Assembly (NCBI GenBank): GCA_964016885.1
Contig: OZ024742.1
Coordinates: forward strand, 205,406,001-205,470,000
Source of the DNA: Eledone cirrhosa
Taxonomy: Eukaryota
Length of the DNA stretch: 64,000 nt
Direction of reading: 5' to 3'
Shown: in pieces, positions 29,510 to 43,746 of the stretch
How the letters are laid out: each line of letters begins with the position of its first letter
Position numbering within the stretch: the first letter of the stretch is position 1
Notes under the pieces: model-generated
What the model was told of the DNA's origin: nothing
What the model saw: the letters and a program-made list of their open reading frames with translations, nothing else
Databases searched by the model: none
Translations under genes and position numbers: made by a program

Positions 29510-29715
29510 ATGATTTCTAATTTAGGCACAAGAACATGAATATGTGGAGAGGGGAATTTGGTGATATCAATCACAGTACATAACTGGTACTTTATTTTTA
29601 TCAACCCCAGAAGGATGAAAGGCAAATTGAACCACAACATGATTTGAACTCAGAACATAGGAAGTCATAACTAAGTACAGCAGAGTATTTTGTCCAATGC
29701 TTAACGAATATTGTT
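29510..29715 (-). mobile_element. Degenerate tRNA-derived SINE (Deu/Nin-like middle)
   Basis: Minus-strand B box GAGTTCAAATC followed by GCCTTTCATCCTTCTGGGGTTGATAAAAATAAGTACCAG; homologous to 40885-41095. Confidence 0.65.
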
Positions 29716-31957
29716 AATAATAAACAGAACAACTGAATGTTGCCACTCAACCAAATTCTACTGAAAAGTTATAAAGCTTAATCCAGTATCCTGGATTTAA
29801 TGCATGGAAACAAATTCCTACAGTTTTTTTTCTTTTTTATTTGGAATATTGTTTGACAAAATTATTTAAAAGCATTCACTAGAAAAATGTTAGCTCTTAA
29901 ACATTAAAAATGTCTGAAGTTGAAGAGTTGTGGCATTCATATTATCAAATAAAATCAATATTATAGTTTTTAAATTTAAAAATAAAATAAAATAATGCAA
30001 TTTCTTTTTTTTTTCTTTGCTGTATAAATTATTCCTTCTTATATTTCTAGACTTGATTTACAGTCTGCATTTACATAGATTTTTCTTAAAAATTAACTAT
30101 GTTTGAGGTTTCCTGGTTATTTCTTTCTCTCTCATAGGGGACTTGTTATCAACACATTTTGGGGTTGTAGCTATTAACCCCCAGTTTATAACATCGTTTG
30201 CCAATGATATAATGTTATTTCTGCGCATGGTAAAAGTGATCTCCAGAGAATAGCCAATATAATTACAATCTGAACATATCTATACAGCTACATAAAAAAA
30301 AAAAAAATGTTGGTGACCATATTAATAAAATGGTAGTTGTTAAGCATTTCTTAAAGATAAGTTTCTCATGACCCCGAAAATACTACAAGAATTTACATGA
30401 CTGTTTCACCATTATCAAAAATGAAAATTCATTAAGTAAAAAAAGAAAGTATGAAGGGAATACATTTACTTTGATATGTTGAACAATCTGCTCCTACTTA
30501 TCTTGCCTATAATATCTTTTGAGGATAACTTGCTGCTCATTTATAAGTTATGACTAACAGCCTGGAACCTATTTTATTACATAAAGATAACTGATAAGAT
30601 AAGAAAAATAATTGTAAACTTGATAAATTAAATAATACATAAAAAATATTCTCAAAGAGCAATTTTCTAAAAAATATAACCTACAAATTTTCAGAATTCT
30701 GTATTGGTAGAGAGCCAAGATTGCTGAGTCGAATAAACATTGGATACTTGATAAGTTGTGAGTTCAAATCTGCCAAAAATAATCCATTGTTTCCAAGTAA
30801 AACACTTTATAGTACATAGCCTCTGTTTACTTAATTGAAGAAAGTAGTACAAAACTATCAAGGAACATTAGCCAAGAATGTTGTTAAAAGGAAGAGCAGA
30901 TAAGATTTGATGTCCTGAAACTGGAACAAAGCACCAACTCTTTAAAAGCCCCTCAGGTTAACAAATTAGCCTGTATGTGGTCAGTTATACTAAAAATAAG
31001 AGAAAAATCTCCCTTAAATCACACCCTATCTTAAGAAAAAACAGAATACATTAGATAAGGTGGTCCTGGATAAACTATGTCTGAAAAAAAAAAACGAAGG
31101 TCATGCCTTTAATGTTTTTGATTCTAGGTTTACTAAGCTAGGACCAACAGCAACAGGCCTTTCAGTGCTTGGATTTCATATTAAAATATCAGTGTCAGTT
31201 AATGACAAACTAGAAAATCAGTGCTGAATTGCTGAGTAATTTAGGAATCTCATATAACATTTCATCTCTCTATATATAAAATTCTTTGTCTCTCTGTCTG
31301 TCTTTTCCTTATGCATTCCCAAATGGCTCGACCAAATTAAATCAAATTTTACAAGGTAATAAATAGTATTAGACTTGTTACCAGGAGTAACAACATGTAA
31401 TTTTTATTTTCATTTGGATTAAAGCAATATAACATTTTATCTAAAATATTCTACTATAGGCAACTAAGTAAATGGATATTTTATAACACGACGACGATGT
31501 CACATTTTGTATATGGGCGTGTATGTGAGTGTGAGTGCGCGTTTGTGCATTTGTTACATGTTACGCCTTAGTAAGTTACATACACACACATCTTCACGTA
31601 AATACTTAATCAGATACACAGATAATTAACACTGACAAAAACGGGGAGGTAAAAGACTATGCATATGTTTGTGTGAATGTATGTCCTGTGTCTGTCTGTC
31701 TTAGTATATGTGTGTGAGTATATGTGCGTATGAGTATACATACATTTCTTTGACGACTGACATAACGAAATGCTGGGTGTGAAATTCTATGTGTTTGTAT
31801 GAATATATATCTGTATGTGGTTTTATAAGTGTATGTTTGTGTAAGCGTATGTGTGTGTGTTCATCTAATAAGTATTGTCGCAGTTGCATGATATATACAA
31901 ATACACATTTACCATTAAATTAACAGTTAATACATTTACTTATATTTGGTTAATATT

Positions 31958-34117
31958 CACTACGAGAGACTATTCAATGAGGAGAATAAGTGGGAAAAAG
32001 ATAGTCTGCCCCAAATCGATCCAATAGAAGGACCAGCGGTGCAAGTTAAAGGTAGTATAATAAGTAAGGCAATCAAAGATATGAAGACAGGCAAGGCAGC
32101 TGGGTCTTCGGAGATAGTTGCTGAGATGTTGAAGGCATCTGGAATGGTGGGACATACTATGGTCACCCGTATAGTTAACCAAGTAATACAGAATGGGGTC
32201 ATACCAAAAGACTGGCGTAGCAGCATCATCATCATTAACTGCTACAAGGGTAAAGGAGATGCTCTAGATAGAGGAAACTATAGAGGCATTAAGTTAGTTG
32301 ACCAGGTCCTGAAGGTCACAGAAAGAGTTATAGCGCAACTAATCAGAGAGCGAATTGATCTAGATGAAATGCAGTTTGGGTTTGTGTCAAGTAAAACTAC
32401 CACAGACGCTCTTTTCCTTGTACGACAACTACAAGAGAAGTACCTAGCTAAAAGTAAACCCCTCTACTTAGCTTTTGTAGACCTGGAAAAAGCCTTTGAC
32501 AGAGTCCCCCGCTCCATTATCTGGTGGGCTCTTAGAAAGCTAGGTGTAGATGAATGGCTTGTGAGAGCTATACAAGCTAAGTATAATGAAACAGTCAGTA
32601 AGGTTAGAATTAACAATGAATATTGTGAAGAATTTAGTGTAAAAGTTGGTGTTCACCAAGGCTCTGTCCTTAGCCCCCTCCTATTTATTATTGCCCTTCA
32701 GGCTATAACAGAGGAGTTCAAGACCGGCTGCCCATGGGAACTCCTATACGCAGATGATCTAACGCTCATAGTTGAATCAATGGCTGAACTAGAAAAGAAA
32801 TTCGAAACGTGGAAGCATGGCCTAGAATCAAAAGGCCTTAAAGTTAACTTGTCTAAGACTAAAGTCCTAGTTTGTAGAAAGGAAAATAAGGCACAGGTAC
32901 CCTCAGAGAAATGGCCTTGCTCAGTGTGTAGGAAAGGAGTAGGCAGAAATTCAATTGTATGTCCCAAATGCAATGTATGGGTACATAAAAGATGTAGTGG
33001 GATCACAGGTAAACTATCTAAGAACGTAGACTTTATATGTGGCCGATGCTCAGGTGCAATAGGTAGCAAGTGTCCAAAGGATACTAGCCCCTTCTATTGC
33101 CCAGATGGTTCTATAGAAATAGTAGACACTTTCCGTTACCTGGGTGATGAAATCAACAGTGGTGGAGGGGGTTCTGAAAGTACAGTAGCCAGAGTCAGAA
33201 CGTGATGGAAAAAGTTCAGAGAGCTTATACCGCTGTTAGCCACAAAAGGTTTCTCTCTAAAAATGAAAGGCAGATTGTATGATGCTTGTATACGAACAGC
33301 AATGCTACATGGCAGTGAGACATGGGCATTGCGTGCAGAGGACCTGCGTAGACTGGAAAGGAACGAAACATGCATGCTCCGTTGGATGTGTAACAGTAAT
33401 ATACGTGAACGGCAAAGGGTAAATGAACTAAGTGAGAAATTAGGAATAAGAGGGATCAAATGCTGTTTACTTGAGAGAAGACTACGTTGGTATGGCCACG
33501 TGATGCGCATGAAAGACGACAGCTGTATAAAAAAGTGCAGGGCGATGAAAATTGATGGTAGTTATGGAGTAGGTAGACCCAGAAAAACCTGTGACGATCT
33601 GATAAATTCCAACCGTACACACTTGCACCGCTCTAAGACAATGTCACTGGACCGAGATCTTTGGCTCTACACAGTAATACAGAAGACCCGCCTTGTCTAT
33701 GTACAAAGCGAAACCTACAGTCAGTAGGCACCTCTTAACCAAATATACACCCCAATCCACTACCCCTACCCTATCCTCCCACTCCCACCAACACCACCCT
33801 CTCTCTATAAAGTTGGTACCACAACATCCAGTCCAAATAAATGAGATAAATGAGATCGAGATCGTGTAGGTGTCACGAGAAAAAACATACAGTCCACGCT
33901 GTAATGTGGCCGTGTAGGTAATACGGTAAAAAGTTCCCAGTTCCACACTGTAAATTTGGTTGGTGTTAGGAAGGGCATCCAGCCGTAGAAAATCTGCTAG
34001 ATAGTCCTATATGAGCGAGACACAGTCACCCGACCAACCTTGCCTCAAGTGGGACAACTCCCGTCTAACTCATGCTAGCGTGGAAAATGGACGTTAAACG
34101 AAGATGATGATGATGAT
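31958..34117 (+). mobile_element. 5'-truncated RTE LINE (RT + PHD-like finger), sister subfamily
   Basis: ORFs 31946-33205 and 33263-33727 closely match the 20572-22953 protein; stop at about 33203; (GAT)n tail. Confidence 0.93.
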
Positions 34118-34171
34118 AATACATTTCTTTTGGATGTTGATACTTGTTTGTTTACAATATAGAAAAAAAAA

Positions 34172-34380
34172 GTGTTTATTCCAAAAATTCCTCTCATACC
34201 TACAGATGATCCTTTTGAATTTAAGAGGCTTCAGTTTCCAGTCAAACTAAGTTTTGTTATTTCAATTAACAAATCTCAGGGTCAATGCCTCAAGGTAGTT
34301 GGACGATCTCTCTACTATATGCTTCTCCCATGGCCAACTCTATGTTGGTTGCTCACGAGTTGGAAGCAGCAACAATTTAT
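34172..34380 (+). pseudogene. Helitron PIF1 helicase C-terminal remnant
   Basis: IPKIPLIPTDDPFEFKRLQFPVKLSFVISINKSQGQ, then frameshifted CFSHGQLYVGCSRV. Confidence 0.9.
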
Positions 34381-34948
34381 TCATTTGCACACCAACAAAA
34401 CATTACACAATGAATATTGTTTACCTTAAGGTGCTTCAAGATTGACAGATATCCATTTCTAAATTCTATTATCATTACAATTTTGATATTTTTTTATAAA
34501 ATATAGACATTTTGAAATAATTATGAGAGAAAAAAAAATACCTTCATATTTATTGTTTACTAATCTGAATAAGAACAGTAGTAACCCGGAAACACTGGGT
34601 CATTCGGCTAGTCTTTAATATAGGATGAATTCTACTTTGATTTATCACTATCCAACAGAACTAACACAAATTATTGCAACTAATGAGCAAGCTATGTGGT
34701 CATTCAACCAGCTAGAAATAGCAGCCAGCTTTCCCTGAATCACACCCTACCATCCTAAAATAGAAAGAACTCATTGGGCAGTGAATCTAAGATACAAAAT
34801 GATGGGATTGTCATGGCCGAAATTCCTTTGGTCATAAGTCTGTTCTATAAGTCTGGACAAAAATGAGAAAAAAAACAACAATACAAATAATTTCTAATAA
34901 TGGTTTTGTTTTAATTACATTTTAAACAAATATAAAAGATAATCTTAC

Positions 34949-35038
34949 TTCATTGCCAGCTCTGTTTCGGAAACGCAACCATTGTCCGTTGTCTTCTCGT
35001 TGGTACTCCAGTACATATGCCTCTGTAAACTCTTGGCC
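34949..35038 (-). CDS. Single 90-bp internal exon, discoidin (F5/8 type C) domain of a DDR-like receptor tyrosine kinase
   Basis: cttctgttacag|GGC...GAA|gtaaga, phase 0-0. Encodes GQEFTEAYVLEYQREDNGQWLRFRNRAGNE, which resembles the DDR segment G-x-E-F/Y...Y-x-L-x-Y-x-R...W...R-x-G-x-E. Confidence 0.78.
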
Positions 35039-35261
35039 CTGTAACAGAAGTGACATTAAGTAAGGCTGAATATTATTATATTTTCATTATTACTAAGCAG
35101 GCTTTACCCGATTTTTATAAGCTATCATTATTTTCTGCACTTGAGTATCCTTCTTTTTCTTCAGTCATCTGATGCCTTGAGGAGATGGTGAGGCATTTAC
35201 AAAGTTCAAGCTCTAGAGTCCTTGGTTGACCATTGCAGCATGCAGATGTGTTCCTTTGAGG

Positions 35262-35444
35262 AATTGTTTTGATATTGATCAGCTCAGGGTACAATCAAGG
35301 TTATGGGGGCCCCCCGACTCTTTTTCAACATCTCATCAGATATGCGAGCTTATATGTGCGAAGGCACATCTGATGAGATGTTGAAAAAGAGTCTGGGTTC
35401 TATCACTTTGACTGTATCCCGAGTGGATCAATATCAAAACAATT
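35262..35444. mobile_element. Palindromic MITE-like element
   Basis: Outer arms AATTGTTTTGATATTGATC / GATCAATATCAAAACAATT; inner arms CTCTTTTTCAACATCTCATCAGAT / ATCTGATGAGATGTTGAAAAAGAG. Confidence 0.7.
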
Positions 35445-36814
35445 GTAATATGTAATTAAAGTTTGTACATATGCTGCAACATTAACTTCGACCCTTTTAA
35501 TTCTATTTGCACACTGCAGGCGTAACACTGGAATACAACCCAAACAAAACGGACATCATAACAGCATCAATGGCTTTGAACAGCGTACTGCCTGTAACTG
35601 TTGTTGCACACACCTAACTAACATACATACATACACACGAATATACAGACTAGGTCACAAATTGTTTTAAGTAAAATATTCAAGTGTTAAAAGTACAGAA
35701 TGATTAATCAGTGAATTTACAGAACACACCATAGTAAATGATTAACATTGAAACCATTTCAAACTGCTTTCTCTGTACTGAGGTAGTTTACCATAAGAGA
35801 CTAAGCTCTGATTATAACCAATCAAAATAGTGTAACAGAATTTTTGTATCTAGTTACATGGGAAATATTGTACAAAGGAATGCATTCAACTAAATCAACT
35901 CCATTATCTGACCACTACTTAATTCCTTTATTGTACTCACGCAGGTGAAAAGCAAAGTTGACAAATATACAAAAATAAGCTGACCTAAAACACCAACAAG
36001 GTTTAGTTTGGGATATAATGCAGTTGTATTGATGATTGATGTTTGACACTTGATGCAGTAATACAAAAATACACACGTTATCAAAAGAAATTGCTAAGGT
36101 GGCAAAAGATTAAGTTGGATATCCTGTAACACTGAAATGTTTGAAGTATGATTTTAATGATAAGAAACTGAAAAAATAAATTACAATGCCTGCACATCAG
36201 TATTACTTAACAGTTATAGCAATGTAGTTTAGTAGTAATAAAAGAGGAAATGAGTCAATTACAGTTGAAAGATGCAAATTTAGCTTCAACTGAGTATAAC
36301 CTATTCATAAATAACGAGAATGGCTCCTACATTTGTAGAAAGATTATTCAAATACAACATTCATCATCATCATCATCTAAAATCCATTTTCTCTGCTAGC
36401 AAAGGTTGAATATGTCATCACAGACCAGTCAGTACTCTAGCTACTATAGAGATTTTTATCCAAATATCAGCTAGGTTTACTGATTGGAATAATCAGTTTT
36501 AAGAGAGGAAGTAGATAGTTACTCAAGATAAATTAAAAAGTATATGCAATGATGTGTGTGTGTGTGCTTACACAGGCAAGTATTTATTATTCTAATCATG
36601 GGACATTGTCCAGCAATTGAAAAAGTAAATTCCTATATGAAATAGTTATTAATGAACACAATGACATTTTTATTTTAAATAAATAATTCATTTTATTTTT
36701 TTCTATCGAAAGACATATTTTCTGAAATAAATGATGTTATAATAAACCTTTCAAAACAATAGGGGGTGATAAAATACATCTGTTCTATCCAATCATGATT
36801 TTTATGAAATTACT

Positions 36815-38706
36815 GATCCAGCAGAGGGACCAGCTGTGCAACTTAGTAGTAGTATAGTAAGTAAGGCAATCAAAGATATGAAGACAGGCAAGGCAGATAG
36901 TTGCTGAATGGTGGGACATACTATGGTCCCAGATAGTAAACCAAGTAATACAGAATAGTGTCATACCATCATCATTGTTAACTGCTACAAGGGCAAAGGA
37001 GATGCTCTAGATAGAGAAAACTATAGAGGCATTAAGTTAGTTGACCAGGTCATGAAGGTCACAGAAAGTTATCACACATTAGAGACCGAATTGATCTAGA
37101 TGAAATGTAGTTTGGGTTTGTGAAAGGTATAAGTACCACGGGTGCTCTCTTCCTTGTATGGCAACTACAGGAGAAGAAACTAGCTAAACGTAAACCCCTC
37201 TACTTAGCTTTTGTTGACTTGGAGAAAGCCTTTGATAGAGTCCCCCGCTCCATTATCTGGTGGTCTCTTAGAAAACTACTAGATGAGTGGCTTGTGAAAG
37301 TTATACAAGTCATGTATAGAGGAACAGTCAGCAAGGTTAGAATTAACAATGAATATAGTGAAGAATTTAGCGTAAAAGTAGGTGTTCACTAAGGCTTTGT
37401 ACATATCCCCCTCCTGTTTTTAGCCCTACAGGCTATAACAGATGAGTTTAAGACTGACTGCCCATGAGAACTTCTATATGCAGATGATCTAACTCTCATA
37501 GCTGAATCTATGACAGAAGTAGAGAAAAAATTACAAACATGGAAGCTTGGCCTAGAATCAAAAGGCCTTAAAGTTAACTTGTCTAAGACTAAAGTTTTAG
37601 TATGTAGAAAGGAAAGTAGGGCACAGGTACCCTCTGGGAAATGGCCTTGCTCAGTGTGTAGGAAAGGAGTAGGTAGAAATGCCATTCTATGTCCCAAATG
37701 CAAACTATGGGTACATAAAAGATGTAGTGGGATCACAAGCAAGCTATCAAAATGTAGGTTTTATATGTCATTGCTCAGTTGCAGTAAGTAGCAAGTGCCC
37801 ATGGGATACTAGCTCCTTCAATTGCCCAGATGGTTTTACAGAAATAGTAGACATTTTCCGTTACTTGGGTTACAGCAGTGAGTAGCCAGAGTTATAATGG
37901 GATGGAAAAAGTTCAGAGAGCTAATACCACTGTTGGCCACAAACGTTTCTCTCTAAAAATGAAAAGCAAATGTATGATGTTTGTATACGAACAGCAATGT
38001 TACATGGCAGTGAGACCTGGGCATTGTGTGCAGAGGATCTGTGCAGATTGGAAGCATGCATGCTTCAATGGATGTGTAATATACACGAACGGCAAAGCGT
38101 AAACGAACTAAGTGAGGAATTAGTCATAAAACGGATCAGATGCAGTTTACTAGAGAGGTGATTACATTGGTATGATCATGTGATGTGTATGAAGAATAAC
38201 AGCTGTACAAAAAAGTGCAGGACGATCAAAATTGATGGACCAGAAAGACCTGGAATGAGGTGATAAAAGCTGACCTTGCACCTCTCTAAGACAATGTCAC
38301 AGGATCGAGATCTTTGGCGCTATGCAGTCAGTAGGCTCCTCTTAATCCAATATACACCCCACACCTCCTACACCCTCCTCTCACTGCTGCCCACACCAAC
38401 CTTTCTCTGTAAAGTTATGTTGGTACCACAAAACATCTAGTCGAAACTAAAGAGGTCGTGTAGGTGTCAGAACAAAAAGAACCCAGTCCACACTGTAAAG
38501 TGGTCATATAGGAGACACGGTAAAAAGCACCCAGCACACACTGTAAATGTGGTTGGTATTAGGAGGGGCATCCAGCTGTAGAAACCCAGTGAGAAACAGT
38601 CCTATACGAGCAAGATACGTTCACCCGACAACTTACCTCAAGTGGGACAAACGTGTCTAACTTGTGCTAGTGTGGACGATAGATGTTAAACGATGATGAT
38701 GATGAT
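36815..38706 (+). mobile_element. Degenerate 5'-truncated RTE LINE
   Basis: Frameshifted RT/PHD pieces (LAFVDLEKAFDRV, WPCSVCRKGVG), matching 3' UTR and (GAT)n tail. Confidence 0.9.
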
Positions 38707-40884
38707 ATGTAGATTAGAATAGTTTTGGTTTTTTTTCATACTGATACTAATGCCATATTCCTTGCTATTAAATCTAAGACTAACTTGACCATATTAAAAA
38801 AAAAAAAAAATGTTTAAATAATCAAGAATGTGGAGGGATTTAGTAAAATATATAATTGTTCATTAAACTTGTGTTTACAACAATAAGACTTTTCTTATAA
38901 TTATTATTGGAAGATTTTAATTTTAATATAAACATTTAAAAATTTTAATCAATTCATTTAAATTCTATTTTCTCCTTAATATCAGTTTATTCCTTTAATT
39001 AGTTTCTCTTCAATTTGAATGACCATATGAAATTATTTAAAAAACATCAAAACTAACTTGTTAGACATTCCTTTTAACAAATTATAATCTATTTCATTTT
39101 CATAAACAATTCAAATTCTCATCTTTTACATATATATTTTAGCTAAACTATTTAGACACTATATCATTATTGTTAATTAAAAATTACTCTGGTGATATTT
39201 TTGTAAAAGAAGATTCTATTGTTATTAACTATATAATTCTGCAGTCTAGAAATTTGCAAGTATTTCAATTTCAACATTTCATATTCCTGCAAATATGGCA
39301 CCAAAATAAATAAATAAAAATCCTTGAGCATTATTTACTTTTCTGAGGAAATATTTATTCCACTTCCATGAAACTACATTGCATGATCCAAATGATGTGC
39401 TAGCCTCCACTTGAAAGCTTAATAAGTAGTCAACAACAACCATATCTCTAACAATGTTCTAAATTCATTGTCTCTGCTTAAAAGAAAACTATCAGTGTGT
39501 GTGTGCTGTCTATTAGCCATGCATTCCACACAACAAGCATCCAATCAAACTGCCAACCTTACTGTGTCAATACACACAAGAATGTTTCACCACACCACAC
39601 TTTTACTGTTCTCTGCAAGAGATTTCCCTTGACTCTTTTATTCAATCTTTCCTTTTTCCTGAAAGCAAAGCAATAAAAATGTTTGTAGAGAAGCTCACTA
39701 ATGATAAAGGAGAAACTTTAAACCAGTGACCTCCTCCTAAACCTAACCAGTTGTTTTTGATTCAGTAGTTTGTGTTTACAACACACTGACACTACACCAG
39801 GCATCTTATAACTGCTGCCTTATTTCTGTTGACTACACATCTGTAAGTAAGGGAGGGGCAATATCTTGACCAAAATAAAACCTTAGCAACAAATTAATCA
39901 ATTGTTAAGTATAGAGTAGAAAATAACTTAAATAACTCCCAAAGAGTCAATAATAAATAGACTTAAGTCAACAGTTCAGAAGGTGTTGGAATTAGCTTCA
40001 ATCCAATTTGAGATCAAATAAAAATGTCAAAAGTTGAGTTTTCTTAGTATCAGGAAATATACACCAAATACTTTTCAGGGATATGGCATATTCATTTCTA
40101 ATCCTTCAGACATTCTTATGTCAGAGTCTTAAAATTTTGCTTCATCTCTTCTCCTCACATATAGTCTAAACAGTGATAAGTAGCATTAAGTAAATAGATT
40201 TAATTTTCTAAGAAGTTATGAGGCAGTACTTTGAATTAGGTGGATCATAAATAACTGTTGGTTTCTGTAAGTAATAACTGATTTCTCTAAACTTATCAAT
40301 TTATCGCTATAGTAAAATGACTCTCCTTTATTTGGAAGAAATTATTACTTTTCACAATAAAAAATGAGTATGGAGAAAATGTAGGTAGGAGGGAATAAAA
40401 ATTTCAGCCAATCAGATTTTAGAATATAATCTAGAATCTAAATTACACACTTATTATTACCATCATCATCAAAAATAAACCTTTTTCTTATTGAAGGCTG
40501 GGTAGTAGTTACAATGTCCAACAAGCACAGGAAGCAAGACAGGACACAGGAAAATTAAGAGGAAATGACGAGGAAGTCTATTATTAAGTACAACCTTATT
40601 TGAAAGAAACAATTGTCTTTAGCAATAGGCATTAGATATTACAAATGAATTTGTCGACTTCATAATGTAGATGAGGTTTCATTAACAGAAACAACACAGG
40701 TTCTGGTACTGTTACTGCAGAGGAAGTAAAATATAAAAAACCTTTAAAGCTGTGGTATGGGTATGACCAATGTGTGTATGTATACAGATGTCAACATTGG
40801 TGTGTTGAATAAGAATGGATAAAACATTACAAACTAACAATAGTTTAAACATGATTAAAAGATGATTTTAATAATAATGATTTA

Positions 40885-41095
40885 TGAATTAGGCACAAGG
40901 CTAACAAACCTGGTTGGAGGGGAAAGTCGACTAAATCGACCCCAGTGCATTACTGGCGCTTTATTTATAAACCCCATGAGGATGAAAGCCAAAGCTGAAC
41001 TTGGCGGGATTTGAACTCAGAATGTAAAGGACCATAACTCTATGCTGCAAAGCATGGTGTCTGATGCTCAACCGATACTGCCAAACCACCACCCA
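40885..41095 (-). mobile_element. Degenerate tRNA-derived SINE (Deu/Nin-like middle)
   Basis: Minus-strand GAGTTCAAATCCCGCC...GCTTTCATCC; homologous to 29510-29715. Confidence 0.65.
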
Positions 41096-41371
41096 TGATG
41101 ATGATGTTGATGGTGGTTTCTAATTTAGACAACTTATTCCCTTTATTTGCCACAAGGGTACAATCATACTACAAAAACAACACATCTAAAGGTGTTACAA
41201 AGTATGTGGATATAAACGTTATATAGACAACGGTTACATAAAAATGAGAAGAATAATGATAGTAATAATAAAATTAGCAAATAATATTTTAGTATTTTTA
41301 ACAATGTGGACAAGGTATTCAAGTAGAGGAGAAATTTCAATAGTTGATATATAACCACTGACTATTTAAAT

Positions 41372-41696
41372 CAGGCATGGGCAACCTTTTTTGAGAAGCG
41401 GACCGCATGAGATATGGGTCATCATCAGGCAGGCCGCAAGCGCTAATTTACATTTGTGCCCACATTAAAAAAAAGGGTGGTAACTCAGGTTGTTTTGATT
41501 TGTTTCTTCAGAATTCGTACACGTTTTCCTTGATTGTAAAAATGATAGAAAGATAAATTACGTCTGAAAAGTTTGGGTAAAAAAAATCAGAAAGATTTCA
41601 CTTAGGTGACTTAAGCGAGCCCTTCAGAAAGCTTCGCGGCCGCATGCGGCCCCGGGTTGTTTAAATCAGTCGTGGGCCCCGGGTTGCCCACGACTG
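41372..41696. mobile_element. hAT (Charlie-like) MITE
   Basis: TIRs CAGGCATGGGCAAC / GTTGCCCACGACTG; 8-bp TSD ATTTAAAT at 41364-41371 and 41697-41704. Confidence 0.88.
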
Positions 41697-42677
41697 ATTT
41701 AAATGCTGCCAAAAGTCAAAATAGTGGTTAAAAATTACCATTGTGTAATGCTTATTTTGATATTGTATGATTAAATAATTTGTAAATTATTTCAATATCA
41801 TGTAACTTTATACCAAATCAGTTTTTTATGAACTAGAAAATAAATTTAGAATACAATCTAATCAAAACAAGATTCTGGAACCCAACAAATATATATATGG
41901 GAATGTGTTTGTGTTTGTGCAGGCATGCACACACACACACACACACGTATATATATGTGTGTGTGTGTGTGTAGGTGTGTGTGTGTATTATGTATCATAC
42001 AACTCTCAACTAGTCAAATAGGCACTAAAAGGTCAGAGAAGTTTCCAAGGTTCACCAGAACCAAATCATATTTTGTAACAAACATTTTTGTCTGAATTGG
42101 TTTCCTGAGAATGCCATGACCTTTTCTAGACATACAGGGAGCAAAACTCAACTATAATTAATCGGTAGTAGTAATAACACATACATACACATGTTAATTC
42201 AAAATTGTTCAAATAAATTTTATCAATTATTTCATAAAATTTAACTGGTTAAATTTTTAACTTTGGTACTTATTTTAAGAACAGTTATTAATCAAACTGC
42301 TACATTACATATAAACAGAGGTACATATGCATACACAAAAACCATCATTTTACGCCTGTTCATTGCTGGCATAGGTTGGACAGGATACACACAACAGGTT
42401 TTAACAGTTTCTGTGTACCAAATTTCACTCATAAGTCAATTTGAGATGAAAGCAGAAGACACTTGCCTAAGATGTAATGTGTGACTGAATCCTATATCAT
42501 GTGGTTATGAAGCAAACCTATCTACACATACTTGCCAACACCTATTATCCAATTTGCCAAATCATAATGTGATTGTAGGTATTGAAATAGTATGAAAACA
42601 AAAATGACACTATAAACTTCCAAAAACAAAATAATCTAATGAAAATATCAACTTTATATGATATTTCTATGTATATG

Positions 42678-42970
42678 CAACCACATGGTTCTGGGTTCAG
42701 TCACACTGTGAGGCACCTTGGGCAACTGTCTTTTATTATAGTCTTGGGCTGACGAAGGTTTTGTTAGTAGAATTTGGTAAGCAGAATCTGCAGAAGCATA
42801 TATATATATATGCATGTGTGTGTCTTGTAACTGAGTTGTTCGACAAAAAATGATCAATAAGATAAATACAAGATTGGGAAAAATAAGTACTGAGGGCAAA
42901 ATAATTGACTAAATACAGGTAGTGCTCCAGCATGGCTGCCATCTAATGACTGAAACTAGTAAAAAAACAA
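42678..42970 (+). mobile_element. Degenerate SINE with CR1-LINE-like 3' tail
   Basis: B-box-like GGGTTCAGTC, CACCTTGGGCAACTGTC, and tail GGTAGTGCTCCAGCATGGCTGCC...GACTGAAACTAGTAAAA. Confidence 0.65.
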
Positions 42971-43278
42971 AAACTAATATATTTCTTCATTGTACTGTGT
43001 CATTTGCTTTATTTCTTTTTCAAACACAAACACACACACACACAAATATATCTATATCTATTATAATATGGGGCGAACAGACCAAAGATATGTAAACCAT
43101 ATTTTACTCGGTCAGCTGTGATGCAGATAAAATGAAGCATTCAATGACATATATAAATGGTACAAGCCAGAGCATTATAGAGTATTAAATATATTGAAGT
43201 CTATATGCAATTGATTTAAGTTTATTTTTATATGTGATACATATTTCCTAGAGATTTATATATATATAAATGGAATAG

Positions 43279-43662
43279 AATGAAACAAAATTTCATTTCT
43301 CACTCTCAGTACGGCAGTTACTTAAATGTTAAATGTTAATATGCATAAGGAAAGTATATACTTTCAGACGTTCAACCATCTGGCAGGAAGGTATACGATG
43401 CTGACGATAGCTAATAAGCTTGAAACTAGTACATCGTTCCTGTGTCAGTGTTAAACAAAAAGGTGACGTGGTTGCCTAAACACTGTACGGCGTAATTCGG
43501 GCTGAACATTAACTGAACATTATAATAAATGTTCGGTAAACCGATACATGCATATATATATATATGTGTGCCTGTATGTATATATATATACATACTACTG
43601 TACGTCTGTATACATATATGTATGTACGTATACATACATATATGTATGTACGTATACATACA
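43279..43662 (+). mobile_element. Diverged solo relative of the 466-bp hammerhead unit, with inverted 5' piece
   Basis: 43344-43660 aligns to the unit; 43279-43329 is the reverse complement of the unit segment acatttaagtaag...gaaatgaaattt. Confidence 0.88.
43395..43437 (+). ncRNA. Minimal type-I hammerhead
   Basis: ACGATG CTGACGA T AGCT AATA AGCT T GAAA CTAG TA / CATCGT. Differences from the array copies fall at position N7, loop II and a G.U to A-U pair. Confidence 0.82.
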
Positions 43663-43705
<43 letters not shown>

Positions 43706-43746
43706 ATAATATTAATAAATAGAAACTATATTTATAAAACTATATT

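Larger units (their letters stand above)
31265..34611 (+). mobile_element. Non-autonomous Helitron interrupted by an RTE insertion
   Basis: A|TC...TATATATAAAA start, PIF1 remnant, subterminal hairpin ACCCGG-AAACA-CTGGGT, then CTAG|T at 34611. Pairing of the 5' end with this 3' end is inferred. Confidence 0.7.

Noticed and set aside
35369-35395. CTGATGAG as a hammerhead core
   Set aside because: It is part of a MITE palindrome arm; no stem II-GAAA-stem III arrangement.
35941-35984. 44-bp minus-strand segment with AG/GTGAGT splice-like ends
   Set aside because: Not frame-preserving and no DDR-like peptide; likely chance.
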